Assembly (NCBI GenBank): GCA_963796875.1
Contig: CAWCNL010000002.1
Coordinates: forward strand, 1,153,134 to 1,217,133
Length of the DNA stretch: 64,000 nucleotides
Direction of reading: 5' to 3'
DNA from: an uncultured Actinomycetes bacterium
Lineage (GTDB): Bacteria > Actinomycetota > Thermoleophilia > Gaiellales > JAICJC01
In this document: positions 27,917 through 39,200 of the stretch, piece by piece
Layout: the number at the start of each line of letters is the position of its first letter
Position numbering within the stretch: position 1 is the stretch's first letter
The notes under the pieces: model-generated
The model's database searches: none
What the model saw: the letters and a program-made list of their open reading frames with translations, nothing else
What the model was told of the DNA's origin: nothing
Translations under genes and position numbers: made by a program

Positions 27917-28440
27917 GGGCGGATCGCTCCTGACACGATGTCTCGCACCGTCTGGGTCAAGAGCCGGTGCTCCACCTGATGAATGCGCGTCTCGAGTTCC
28001 AAGGCGTTGCCATCATACGGAACCTCCACCGCCTCCTGCACGATGATCGGCCCGGTATCGACGCCGCTGTCCACCCAGTGCACGGTGACGCCGGTGACCC
28101 GCACCCCGCCGGCCAGAGCATCGGCGATCGCGGTACGGCCGGGAAACGCGGGCAGAAGCGACGGATGGATGTTGATGGTACGCGGGAACCGCGCCAGGAA
28201 ATCGGCCGAGAGGATGCGCATGTATCCGGCCAGCACAACCAGCTCGACGCCGTGTGCGGCCAGGAACTCGGCGGTCTCGGTCTGGTCGGTCGACACGGTC
28301 ACCGGCAGCGCGGCCCGCTCGGCGCGGGCGATGCCGGCCGCCGTCGGGCTGCTCGAGACCACGCATGCCGAGCGGAATGTCAGCCGCGTCGATCAGCGCC
28401 TGCAGGTTGGTGCCGTTCCCGGAGATCAGGACTCCGGTCT
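27913..28440 (-). pseudogene. purN: phosphoribosylglycinamide formyltransferase, one frameshift
   Basis: ORF 27913..28362 carries the core (INIHPSLLP, ..HWVDSGVDTGPII..). The expected N-terminus KTGVLISGNGTNLQALIDA reads in another frame at 28366-28440. Frame switch at ~28355-28375. No clean start codon. Confidence 0.8.
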
Positions 28441-29473
28441 TCAGCGCAGCTCAACCCCCGCGCCCGCCACCACCTCGCCGGCCACGAACCCGGCGCATTC
28501 CACCCGCTCGAGTGCGCCCAGCGCCGCCTCGACAGACTCCGGCTCGACGATCACCGCAAAGCCGATGCCAAGGTTGAACACCGACACGCATCTCGTCCTC
28601 CTCGACCCCGAGCGACGCCAGCCAGTCGAACACGGCCGGCCGCGTCCACGTGTTCTGGTCGAGCCGCGCGCCGAGCCCTGCGGGAAACTGCCGGGTGAGG
28701 TTGCCGACGATTCCGCCACCGGTGATGTGGGCCATTCCGCGCACGTCGACCGTGCGGGTGACCTCGGCGGCGGCGCGTGCGTAGATGCGCGTGGGCTCCA
28801 GCAGCGCATCGGCAACGCTGGCGCCCCCCAGCTCGGCCGGAGTCGCGTCCAGGCTCACCGATGCGCGATCGAGCAGCCGGCGGATCAGCGAGTAGCCGTT
28901 GGAGTGGGGGCCGCTCGAGGGCAGCGCGATGATCGTGTCGCCCGCGCTGATGCGCGACCCCGTGATCAGCTCGCGCCGCTCGCTGAGGGCGACGCAGAAC
29001 CCGGCCAGATCCAGGTCGTCGGGCCGCATCATGTCGGGATGCTCGGCGGTCTCGCCGCCCAGAAGCGCACAGCCGGCCTGCCGGCAGCCCTCGGCGATGC
29101 CCTCCACCAGCTCGGCGATCACGTCGGGGTCGATCCGCCCGCAGGTGATCACGTCGAGGAAGAACGCGGGGCGCCCACCGCTGGTGATCACGTCGTTCAC
29201 GCTCATCGCCACCAGGTCGATGCCGAGCCCGTGCAGCCGTCCGGCCGCCTGGCCCAGCAGCACCTTGGTGCCCACACCGTCGCAGCCGGCCGAGATCAGC
29301 GGGTCGCCCACGCTCGGCGTGTACAGCCCGGCGAACCCGCCGTGTCCACCCAGCACCGACCTGCTGTGGGTCGAGGTGACGGCGCGCTTGATGCGCTCGA
29401 CGACCTCCTCGGCGGCGTCCAGGCTGACCCCCGCGTCGGCGTAGGTGAGGGGAGTCGCTGACTGGTCGCTCAT
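28441..29473 (-). pseudogene. purM: phosphoribosylformylglycinamidine cyclo-ligase (AIR synthetase), one frameshift
   Basis: ORF 28451..29728 from ATG 29473 (MSDQSATPLTYADAGV.., ..DGVGTK..). The C-terminus ..FNLGIGFAVIV..VELR is in ORF 28441..28815. Frame switch at ~28583-28592. Confidence 0.9.
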
Positions 29474-30885
29474 CGAATCTCGACCGGCACCGGCTTGGCC
29501 TCGAACCTGAGCTTGGCCAGGCGAGCCTCGGCAGGGATGGCGGTGGGGTAGTCGCCGGTCAGGCATGCCCGGCAGAAGTCCGACTCGGGCCGGCCGGCGG
29601 CCGCCTGCAGGCCGTCGAGCGAGAGGTAGGCGAGCGACGTGGCACCCAGCATCCGGCGTACCTCGTCGATCTCGCGCCCGGCGGCGATCAGCTGATCCTG
29701 GTCTGCCATGTCGATGCCGTAGAAGCACGGCGAGATGATCGGCGGCGACGAGACCCGCAGATGCACCTCGAGCGCACCCGCCTCGAACAGCATCGCCACC
29801 AGCTTGCGCGTGGTCGACCCGCGCACGATCGAGTCGTCGACCACCACCACCCGTTTGCCTTCCAGCACCGAGCGCAGCACGTTGAACTTGAGCCGCACAC
29901 CGCGCTCGCGCAGCTCCTGGTCGGGCTGGATGAACGTGCGCCCGACGTAGCGGTTCTTGACGAGCCCCTCACCGAACGGGATGCCGCTGGCCGCGGCGAA
30001 TCCGACGGCTGCCGGAGTGCCCGAGTCGGGCACGCCGATCACCACGTCGGCCTCGACCGGTGCTTCGGCCGCCAGCCGCTCGCCCATGCGCCGCCGCGCG
30101 TCGTGCAGCAACTCGCCCTGCATGGTCGAATCGGGCCGGGCGAAATAGATGTACTCGAAGATGCAGAGCGAGCCCGACCGAGCCGGCACGGCCTGGCGGA
30201 ACCGCGGCCCGTTCTCGTCGATCACGACCAGCTCGCCGGGGCGCAGCTCGCGCTCGGCGGTGGCCCCGATCAGATCGAACGCGCACGTCTCGGACGCCAA
30301 CACCCAGGCGTCGTCCAGCCGCCCCACCACCAGGGGGCGGATGCCGTCGGGATCACGGAACCCGGCCACGCCCGTCTCGGACAGTACGACTGCGGCAAAG
30401 GCGCCTTCGATCCGGCCCATCGTGTCGGCGATCGCATCGCCCAGGTCGCCGGACTCGTGCCGGGCGATCAGTGCGGCGATCGCCTCGGTGTCCGAACTCG
30501 AGTGCAGGTTCACACCATCGGCGCGCAGCTCGTCGCGCAGCGAGGTGGTGTTGGTGAGGTTGCCGTTGTGCCCCAGCGCGAACGTGTGGCCGCCGCCGTG
30601 GCGCAGCACCGGCTGGGCGTTCTGCCACACCGTCGAGCCCGTGGTCGAGTAGCGCGCGTGGCCGATCGCCATGCGCCCGGGCAGGCCCGAGAGCTTGGGC
30701 TCGTCGAACACCTGGCTGACCAGCCCCATGTCCTTCATCGCGGTCACCCGGCGACCGTCGGACACGGCGATACCGGCCGATTCCTGGCCGCGGTGCTGGA
30801 GCGCGTAGAGGCCGAAGAAGGTGAGCCGCGCGACGTCGCGGTCGGGCTCACCGACGGGGTCGTAGATGCCAAATACACCGCACAT
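29470..30885 (-). CDS. purF: amidophosphoribosyltransferase
   Basis: Intact 471-aa ORF with MCGVFGIY (N-terminal catalytic Cys) and a PRT domain. The stop overlaps the purM start. Confidence 0.95.
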   Translation of the reverse strand: MCGVFGIYDPVGEPDRDVARLTFFGLYALQHRGQESAGIAVSDGRRVTAMKDMGLVSQVFDEPKLSGLPGRMAIGHARYSTTGSTVWQNAQPVLRHGGGHTFALGHNGNLTNTTSLRDELRADGVNLHSSSDTEAIAALIARHESGDLGDAIADTMGRIEGAFAAVVLSETGVAGFRDPDGIRPLVVGRLDDAWVLASETCAFDLIGATAERELRPGELVVIDENGPRFRQAVPARSGSLCIFEYIYFARPDSTMQGELLHDARRRMGERLAAEAPVEADVVIGVPDSGTPAAVGFAAASGIPFGEGLVKNRYVGRTFIQPDQELRERGVRLKFNVLRSVLEGKRVVVVDDSIVRGSTTRKLVAMLFEAGALEVHLRVSSPPIISPCFYGIDMADQDQLIAAGREIDEVRRMLGATSLAYLSLDGLQAAAGRPESDFCRACLTGDYPTAIPAEARLAKLRFEAKPVPVEIR

Positions 30886-30888
30886 GGC

Positions 30889-33060
<2,172 letters not shown>

Positions 33061-33061
<1 letters not shown>

Positions 33062-33756
33062 CAGGCGGCCCCCGCGGCGGCCGGCGTGAGTGCGGCCGAG
33101 CTGCGGCCCATCAACCCGGCCAGCAGGATGCGGCCGTCGGTCGAGCCGAGCAGTTCGTCGACCGCATGTTCCGGATGCGGCATCAGCGCCGCCACGTTGC
33201 CCGCCTCGTTCGTGACTCCCGCGATCGCGTCGACCGAGCCGTTGGGGTTGGGCTCGTAGCGCACCAGGATCTGGCCGTTAGCCTGCATCCGCGCGACGTC
33301 CTCGGGGCCGGCGAAGAAGCAGCCGTCGTGGTGCTTCATGGGGATGGTCAGCGTCTCGCCGGCCACGACGCCCGGCAGCCAGGCCGACTCGTGCTCGACT
33401 CGCAACCGCACGTCGTGGCAGCGAAACCGCAGTGTCGAGTTGGGCCGCAGCGCGCCGGGCAAGAGATGCGCCTCGGTCAGCACCTGGAACCCGTTGCAGA
33501 TTCCCAGCACCCGGCCACCGTCCGCAGCCAGGCGGCGCACGGCCGTCATCACGGGCGAGAGCGCGGCGATCGCGCCGGGGCGCAGGTGGTCGCCGTAGCT
33601 GAAGCCGCCGGGAACCAGCACCGCGTCGACGCCGCGCAGGTTGTCGTCGGCGTGCCACAGCGGCACCGCCGTCGCGCCCATCAGCTCGATCGCGTGGGCG
33701 GCGTCACGGTCGTCACACGCTCCCGGGAACGTGACCACGCCGACCCGCTCGCTCAT
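33061..33756 (-). CDS. purQ: phosphoribosylformylglycinamidine synthase glutaminase subunit PurQ
   Basis: From ATG 33756 in ORF 33061..34098. MSERVGVVTFPGACDDRD.., ..GICNGFQ.. (class I GATase Cys). ATGA overlap with the purS stop. Confidence 0.9.
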
Positions 33757-34004
33757 ACGGGCACTCCGGCGACCGCCTCGATCTGGAACTGCTCGATCAG
33801 CGGGTTGTGCAGAACCCGCTCGGCGATCTCCTCGGCCAGCCGGCGGGCCTCGGCGGCATCGTCGGTCTCCAGTTCGAGGTCGAACACCTTGCCGGCCCGC
33901 ACCTCGTGAGCCGGGTACCCGAGCCCGTCCAGCGACCGGCGCAGCGTCTCGCCCTGCGGATCGAGGATGCCTTCGCGCGGCCGCACGATCACCGTCACGA
34001 TCAC
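33753..34004 (-). CDS. purS: phosphoribosylformylglycinamidine synthase subunit PurS
   Basis: 83-aa ORF MIVTVIVRPREGILDPQGETL.., located between purC and purQ. Confidence 0.9.
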   Translation of the reverse strand: MIVTVIVRPREGILDPQGETLRRSLDGLGYPAHEVRAGKVFDLELETDDAAEARRLAEEIAERVLHNPLIEQFQIEAVAGVPV

Positions 34005-34909
34005 GACTCGACCCCGGCGGCGTCGAGGTAGGCCTGGAACGAGCCGCCGGTGAGCGTCTCGTAGGCCTCGATGTAGCGTCGCTCGGTACCCTCGGCAACC
34101 TCGGCGGGGACCGCCGGGCCGGGAGGGGTCTTGTCCCAGTCGAGCGTCTCGAGCCAGTCGCGCACGAACTGCTTGTCGAACGACTGCGGCGAGGTGCCGA
34201 CCTCGTAGGAGTCGGCCGGCCAGAAGCGCGACGAGTCGGGAGTCAGCGCCTCGTCGCCCAGCACCAGCTGGCCGTCGGCGCCGATGCCGAACTCGAACTT
34301 GGTGTCGGCGATGATGATGCCCCTGGTCAGCGCGTACTCCGCCGCGGTGCGGTAGAGCTCGATCGAGACGCGCTCAACCTCGTCGAACCGCTCCTCGCCG
34401 ACCAGCAGCCGGCCCGTGGCGCGGTCGATGTTCACGTCGTGGCCGTCGGTGGCCTTGGTGGCCGGGGTAAAGATGGGATCGGGCAGCTTCTGGGCCTGCT
34501 GCATGCCGGCCGGCAGCGAGTGGCCGCAGACCGCGCCGGTGGACTGGTAGTCCTTCCATCCCGACCCGACCAGGTAGCCGCGCACCACGCACTCGATCGG
34601 CAGCATGGTCAGCCGCTGCACCAGCATCGAGCGTCCGGCCAGCTCCGGGTCGCCCTGTGCCTGGGCCGGGAAGTCGGCCCGCAGGTGCGAGATCAGATGG
34701 TTGGGCACGAGGTCGCCGGTGCGCTCGAACCAGAACAGCGAGAGCGCGGTCAGCACGCGGCCCTTATTGGGGATCGGCGTGGGCAGGATCACGTCGAAGG
34801 CCGAGATGCGGTCGCTGGCGACCATCAGCATCTGGTCGCCGAAGCCGTACATCTCGCGCACCTTGCCGGAGGCTTCGTGCAGGTCGGCGAGTGTGGATTG
34901 ATCAGACAT
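34001..34909 (-). CDS. purC: phosphoribosylaminoimidazole-succinocarboxamide synthase
   Basis: Intact 302-aa ORF of the long SAICAR synthetase form (..ASDRISAFDVILPT..). Confidence 0.9.
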   Translation of the reverse strand: MSDQSTLADLHEASGKVREMYGFGDQMLMVASDRISAFDVILPTPIPNKGRVLTALSLFWFERTGDLVPNHLISHLRADFPAQAQGDPELAGRSMLVQRLTMLPIECVVRGYLVGSGWKDYQSTGAVCGHSLPAGMQQAQKLPDPIFTPATKATDGHDVNIDRATGRLLVGEERFDEVERVSIELYRTAAEYALTRGIIIADTKFEFGIGADGQLVLGDEALTPDSSRFWPADSYEVGTSPQSFDKQFVRDWLETLDWDKTPPGPAVPAEVAEGTERRYIEAYETLTGGSFQAYLDAAGVES

Positions 34910-36221
34910 GGGTCACCTCGAGCGTCGTCAGTGTGCGGGCAAAGATGTCGTCCACGTTGCGCAGGAACGAGTCCAGATCGAACGCGGCGTCCAGCGCGAC
35001 CGGGTCGAGCGCGGCGGTGGCCGCGGGGTCGGCTTCCAGCAGGTCGCGCAGCTGCGCGCCGTTCTCCCAGGCCGCGAGCGCGTTGCGCTGCGCGATCTCG
35101 TAGGCGGCCTCGCGCGACAGCCCCGATTCGACCAGCTGCAGCAGCACGCGCCCCGAGAACACGAGGCCGTGTGAGGCCTCCAGGTTTTGCAGCATGCGGT
35201 CGGGAAAGACGACCAGACCCTCGACCAGCCAGCGGGCCTTCTCCAGCATGTAGTCGAGCGTGATCGTCGAGTCGGGCAGCACGACCCGTTCGGCCGAGGA
35301 GTGCGAGATGTCGCGTTCGTGCCAGAGCGCCACGTCCTCGAACCCGACGATGGCGTTGGCGCGCAGGATGCGGGCCAGGCCGCAGATGCGCTCGCACACG
35401 ATCGGGTTCTGCTTGTGCGGCATGGCCGACGAGCCCTTCTGGCCGCGGGCGAACGGCTCGCGCGCCTCGCGCACCTCGGTGCGCTGCAGGTGGCGGATCT
35501 CGAGCGCGTGGCGTTCCAGGCTCGCGCCGGCGCCGGCGATGGCCGCGAGCAGGGCAGCGTGGCGGTCGCGCGGGATCACCTGGGTGGCGACGTCCTCGCG
35601 GCGCAGGCCCAGCGCGTCCAGCGCAAGCTCCTCGACCTGCGGCTCGATGTTGGCGTAGGCGCCGACGGCGCCCGAAAGCTTGCCCACCGTGACGTCGGCG
35701 AAGGCCACCTCCAGCCTCTCGCGCTGGCGGCGCAGCTCGGTCACCCAGCCCAGCAGCTTGAGCCCGAACGTGGTCGGCTCGGCGTGCACGCCGTGGGTGC
35801 GGCCGATCATGGGGGTCGAGCGAAACTCCTCGGCGCGGGCGAGGGCTGCCTTCTCGACGTCGGCGATACCGGCCACCAGCAGCTCGCCGGCGTCGCGCAG
35901 CTGCAGGGCCAGTGCCGTGTCGACGACATCGGAGGACGTCAATCCGTAGTGAAACCAGCGGGCGTGCTCGGGGTCGTTGACCTGCTCGGCGATCGACTCG
36001 GTGAACGCGAGCACGTCGTGGTGGGTGCGGTCCTCGATCTCGAGGATGCGAGGTACGTCGACGCGCGCGCGAGAGCGCACCGCCTCGACCGCGGCGGCGG
36101 GCACCACGTCCAGCTCGGCCCAGGCGGCCATGGCTGCGATCTCCACATCCAGCCACCGCTGGAACTTGCGCTCGTCCGACCAGACGGCGCCCATCGCGGG
36201 GCGGGTATAGCGCGAGATCAA
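34902..36221 (-). CDS. purB: adenylosuccinate lyase
   Basis: Intact 439-aa ORF of the fumarase/lyase family with ..GSSAMPHKQNP.. signature. Confidence 0.95.
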   Translation of the reverse strand: MISRYTRPAMGAVWSDERKFQRWLDVEIAAMAAWAELDVVPAAAVEAVRSRARVDVPRILEIEDRTHHDVLAFTESIAEQVNDPEHARWFHYGLTSSDVVDTALALQLRDAGELLVAGIADVEKAALARAEEFRSTPMIGRTHGVHAEPTTFGLKLLGWVTELRRQRERLEVAFADVTVGKLSGAVGAYANIEPQVEELALDALGLRREDVATQVIPRDRHAALLAAIAGAGASLERHALEIRHLQRTEVREAREPFARGQKGSSAMPHKQNPIVCERICGLARILRANAIVGFEDVALWHERDISHSSAERVVLPDSTITLDYMLEKARWLVEGLVVFPDRMLQNLEASHGLVFSGRVLLQLVESGLSREAAYEIAQRNALAAWENGAQLRDLLEADPAATAALDPVALDAAFDLDSFLRNVDDIFARTLTTLEVTHV

Positions 36222-36304
36222 GCCGGCGGCTCTGCCTTTCGACGAGTCACAAGGACACGACGCAGTCTACCAACCACGCCCCCGGAACCCGTCAGGTCGC
36301 GGAA

Positions 36305-36402
36305 GTGAATAAGAGGGGTCAGTCGCCATTTATTCACACCGGTTCGGTCGGGCGCTTCGCGCCGGCCACGTGAATAAATGGCGACTGACCCCTCTTATTC
36401 AC
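36305..36402. repeat. composite palindromic element (98 bp; perfect 33-nt arms), GTGAATAA subtype, inside the pur operon
   Basis: GTGAATAAGAGGGGTCAGTCGCCATTTATTCAC (36305-36337) and its exact reverse complement (36370-36402). Left arm identical to the 17441 copy, right arm differs at 1 nt; the spacer differs at 4 of 32 positions. Confidence 0.9.
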
Positions 36403-36406
36403 GCGA

Positions 36407-36895
36407 CTACTCCGCAGGTGCGGGAGGCGTGGGAATCTGAGCCAGGATCTTGGCCGCGAAGATGGCGGCGTTGCGGCTGCCGTTGATGGCCATGCACGCC
36501 ACCGGCACGCCCGGCGGCATCTGCACGATCGAGAGCAGCGAGTCCATGCCGCCCAGGTCGGAGGTCTTGATCGGCACCCCGATCACCGGCAGATCGGTGT
36601 ACGCGGCCACCACGCCGGGCAGCGCCGCGGCCTTGCCGGCGCCGGCGATCATCACGCGGATGCCGCGCACCGCGGCGTTGCTCGAGTACTCCGCCACCGC
36701 CTGCGGCGTGCGGTGGGCCGAGAGCACGTTCATCTCGAAGCTGATCCCGCGCTCGAGCAGCTCGTCGGCCGCCTTCTGCATGATCTCCTTATCGGACTCC
36801 GAGCCCATCAGGATGCCGACCTGGGGGCCGTCTCCCTCGAGCTGGTCCCAGAGGTGCTTGACCTCTGCCATCGGTGCGGGTTCAGACATGTTCAC
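36407..36895 (-). CDS. purE: 5-(carboxyamino)imidazole ribonucleotide mutase (class I PurE)
   Basis: Intact 162-aa ORF. The SAHRTP motif is characteristic of class I (N5-CAIR mutase) enzymes. Confidence 0.9.
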   Translation of the reverse strand: MNMSEPAPMAEVKHLWDQLEGDGPQVGILMGSESDKEIMQKAADELLERGISFEMNVLSAHRTPQAVAEYSSNAAVRGIRVMIAGAGKAAALPGVVAAYTDLPVIGVPIKTSDLGGMDSLLSIVQMPPGVPVACMAINGSRNAAIFAAKILAQIPTPPAPAE

Positions 36896-38168
36896 GCTCC
36901 ATTGCCACGGCTTGGGCTCCTATATCCGTTCGGTGGTGAGATCCCGCCATCGAGATGCGATCGACGGCGGCGTACGCGCGGTCGCGAGCGGCCGCAAGAG
37001 TGGGGGCGACGGCGGTCACGTTCAGCACGCGGCCGCCGGCGGCGACGAGCTGGCCGTCGAGGACGGCGGTGCCGGCGTGGAACACGTTCACGCCTTCGAG
37101 CTGCTCGGCCTCGGCGATGCCCTCGATCACCGCGCCCGCCTCGGGTGCGTCGGGATATCCGTGCGAGGCGATCACCACGCTGATGCAGGCGTCGGGCGAC
37201 GCGGCCAGCTCGGTGTGCTCGAGGCTTCCCGTGGCGGCCGCGTGGAGGGCGGGCAGCAGGTCGCCGGTCAGCCGCGGGACGATCACCTGGGTCTCGGGAT
37301 CGCCGAAGCGGGTGTTGAACTCGAGCACCCGCGGCCCGTCGGGCGTGAGCATCAGCCCGGCGTAGAGGCAGCCGCGAAACGGCCGGCCGCGGCGGGCCAT
37401 CTCGTAGATCACGGGGCGGTGGACGGTCTCGAGGATCTCGTCCACCAGCGCGTCGCCGGCGTCGGGTACGGGCGAGACGCAGCCCATGCCGCCGGTGTTG
37501 GGCCCCTCGTCTCCGTCGAAGATGCGCTTGGCGTCGCGTGCGGGCGCGAGGGGGAGTACACGCTCGCCGTCGCAGAGCGCGAGCACCGAGACCTCGGGAC
37601 CGGTCATCAGCTCCTCGACGACCACCCGCGCCCCGGCGCTGCCGAAACGTCCGGCGATCAGGCATTCGCGGGCGGCGGCGTTGGCCTCGCCGGCGGTCTC
37701 GCAAATGAAGACGCCCTTGCCGGCGGCCAGCCCGTCGGCCTTGATTGCGACGCGGCCGTCGAACTCGGCGATGGCGACCTCGACGGCGGCCATGGTGTCG
37801 CAGACGGCGTGGCGGGCAGTGGGGATGCCGGCGCCGTCCATGACCTGCTTGGCGAACGCCTTGGAACCCTCGAGTTCGGCCGCGTTGCCAGACGGCCCGA
37901 ACGCTGCGATGCCGGCGGCTTCGAGGCGGTCGGCGAGGCCGGCGACGATCGGGACCTCGGGGCCGATCACGACAAAATCGGCGGCGATGTGCTGGGCGAC
38001 CGCGGTCAGGCCCTCGAGGTCGGTGACGGCGACGTCGTGGGTGGTGGCGAGCTGCGCGATCCCCGGATTTCCGGGCGCAGCGTGCAGCTCACTCAGCTCG
38101 GGTGAGGAGTGCAGTTTCCAGGCAAGCGCATGCTCACGCCCCCCCGATCCGACCACCAAAACGCGCAT
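36882..38168 (-). CDS. purD: phosphoribosylamine--glycine ligase
   Basis: Intact 428-aa ORF MRVLVVGSGGREHALAWKL.. with an ATP-grasp fold. Overlaps the purE start by 14 nt. Confidence 0.95.
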   Translation of the reverse strand: MRVLVVGSGGREHALAWKLHSSPELSELHAAPGNPGIAQLATTHDVAVTDLEGLTAVAQHIAADFVVIGPEVPIVAGLADRLEAAGIAAFGPSGNAAELEGSKAFAKQVMDGAGIPTARHAVCDTMAAVEVAIAEFDGRVAIKADGLAAGKGVFICETAGEANAAARECLIAGRFGSAGARVVVEELMTGPEVSVLALCDGERVLPLAPARDAKRIFDGDEGPNTGGMGCVSPVPDAGDALVDEILETVHRPVIYEMARRGRPFRGCLYAGLMLTPDGPRVLEFNTRFGDPETQVIVPRLTGDLLPALHAAATGSLEHTELAASPDACISVVIASHGYPDAPEAGAVIEGIAEAEQLEGVNVFHAGTAVLDGQLVAAGGRVLNVTAVAPTLAAARDRAYAAVDRISMAGSHHRTDIGAQAVAMEREHV

Positions 38169-38203
38169 CGGGCGAGTCTACACCTGCCGCCCTTCCCAGG
38201 TCA

Positions 38204-38238
38204 GACGCATACAAAGTGCCAGGCACTTTCTATGCGTC
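38204..38238. repeat. palindromic repeat, GTGCC-N-GGCAC family
   Basis: GACGCATACAAAGTGCC A GGCACTTTCTATGCGTC (one mismatch). Lies 36 nt upstream of the purD start and contains the stop (38230-38232) of the small ORF. Confidence 0.85.
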
Positions 38239-38475
38239 AGGGCGTGGTGAGCAGTTGCGCCGGGTGATCTCAGCGCCGAGTGTGAAGCAGCCACCAACGA
38301 ACGCGGCATAGATGACGTCGGACGGTCTCAGAGACCCGTCGCCCCATTGCCGCTCGACTATCCAGGTGGCCGCGCCCAGCAGCAGTTCGATCCAGTTTTG
38401 CTTTACGAATGCCAGCGCGCGAACGAGCACTGCGTTGACGTTGGCGGCGGTCATCGCGCTTGCCACGAGCGTCAC
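38230..38475 (-). CDS. hypothetical small protein (two hydrophobic segments)
   Basis: 81-aa ORF with a GTG start and no convincing RBS. G+C appears lower than in the neighbours. Bracketed by two GTGCC-N-GGCAC palindromes. May not be a real gene. Confidence 0.3.
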   Translation of the reverse strand: MTLVASAMTAANVNAVLVRALAFVKQNWIELLLGAATWIVERQWGDGSLRPSDVIYAAFVGGCFTLGAEITRRNCSPRPDA

Positions 38476-38530
38476 CTCAGACCGAAACGCCGTGAGGGCT
38501 GTTCCCTTTATTCACGTCGTGCCTCAGGGT

Positions 38531-38568
38531 GAACTGCAACAAACGTGCCTGGCACGTTTGTTGCGTTC
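38531..38568. repeat. palindromic repeat, GTGCC-N-GGCAC family
   Basis: The perfect 29-nt core GCAACAAACGTGCC T GGCACGTTTGTTGC (38536-38564) is identical to the core at 61631-61659. Lies just downstream of the cyclohydrolase gene. Confidence 0.9.
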
Positions 38569-38579
38569 GTGTCTGTGTG

Positions 38580-39200
38580 TCACATGGCGGCGTAGGCGCT
38601 GACCGCGCGCTCCCGGGCGCGGGTCGCGCGGGCCAGCAGCGGGCGCAACTCGTCCAGGTGCGCGTCGGCCAGGGCGCTGACCGACAGCATGCTCGCGTTC
38701 AGCTGGGCGAGCGTCGCCGCCGACCGCGCCGCCGCCTCGGCCAGCAGCGCTCCCGTGAGCGCATCGCCCTCGAGGTTGCGGTTGCCCGTCTCGGCCACGT
38801 CGGCCGCGAGCGTCGCGACCTCGGAGGCGATCTCGAGAATCTCCATCGGACCGGCCATCGCGCCGGCCACTGCGGCGTCCAGCTGCTCCTTGCGCCCCTC
38901 GCCCGGCGGCAGCCGCAGCGCCTCGATCACCCTGCCGTACGACTGGCCGTCGGCGTAGGCGAGCACCTGCACCTGTGCGCGCAGAGCCTGGGCGCGCTCA
39001 TGCACGCGTTCGAGTCCGCGGGCCGACGCGAACGACGTCGCCATCTCGACGAGCCCCGCCGCCATCGCACACGTCAGCGCCGCCGACGCACCCCCGCCGG
39101 GAGCGGGGGTGCGGGCGGCAAGCAGGTCGAGGAACTCGTCGACCCTCGAGCTCAGATACGGGTCGGGCTCTCCGTTAGAAGAGGCCGACGGTCTTCCCAT
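38580..39200 (-). CDS. cyclodeaminase/cyclohydrolase family protein (methenyl-THF cyclohydrolase FchA-like)
   Basis: From ATG 39200 in ORF 38580..39350. ..FLDLLAARTPAPGGGASAALTCAMAAGLVEM.. is typical of the formiminotransferase-cyclodeaminase C-terminal / FchA family. The start overlaps the fhs 3' end. Confidence 0.7.
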   Translation of the reverse strand: MGRPSASSNGEPDPYLSSRVDEFLDLLAARTPAPGGGASAALTCAMAAGLVEMATSFASARGLERVHERAQALRAQVQVLAYADGQSYGRVIEALRLPPGEGRKEQLDAAVAGAMAGPMEILEIASEVATLAADVAETGNRNLEGDALTGALLAEAAARSAATLAQLNASMLSVSALADAHLDELRPLLARATRARERAVSAYAAM

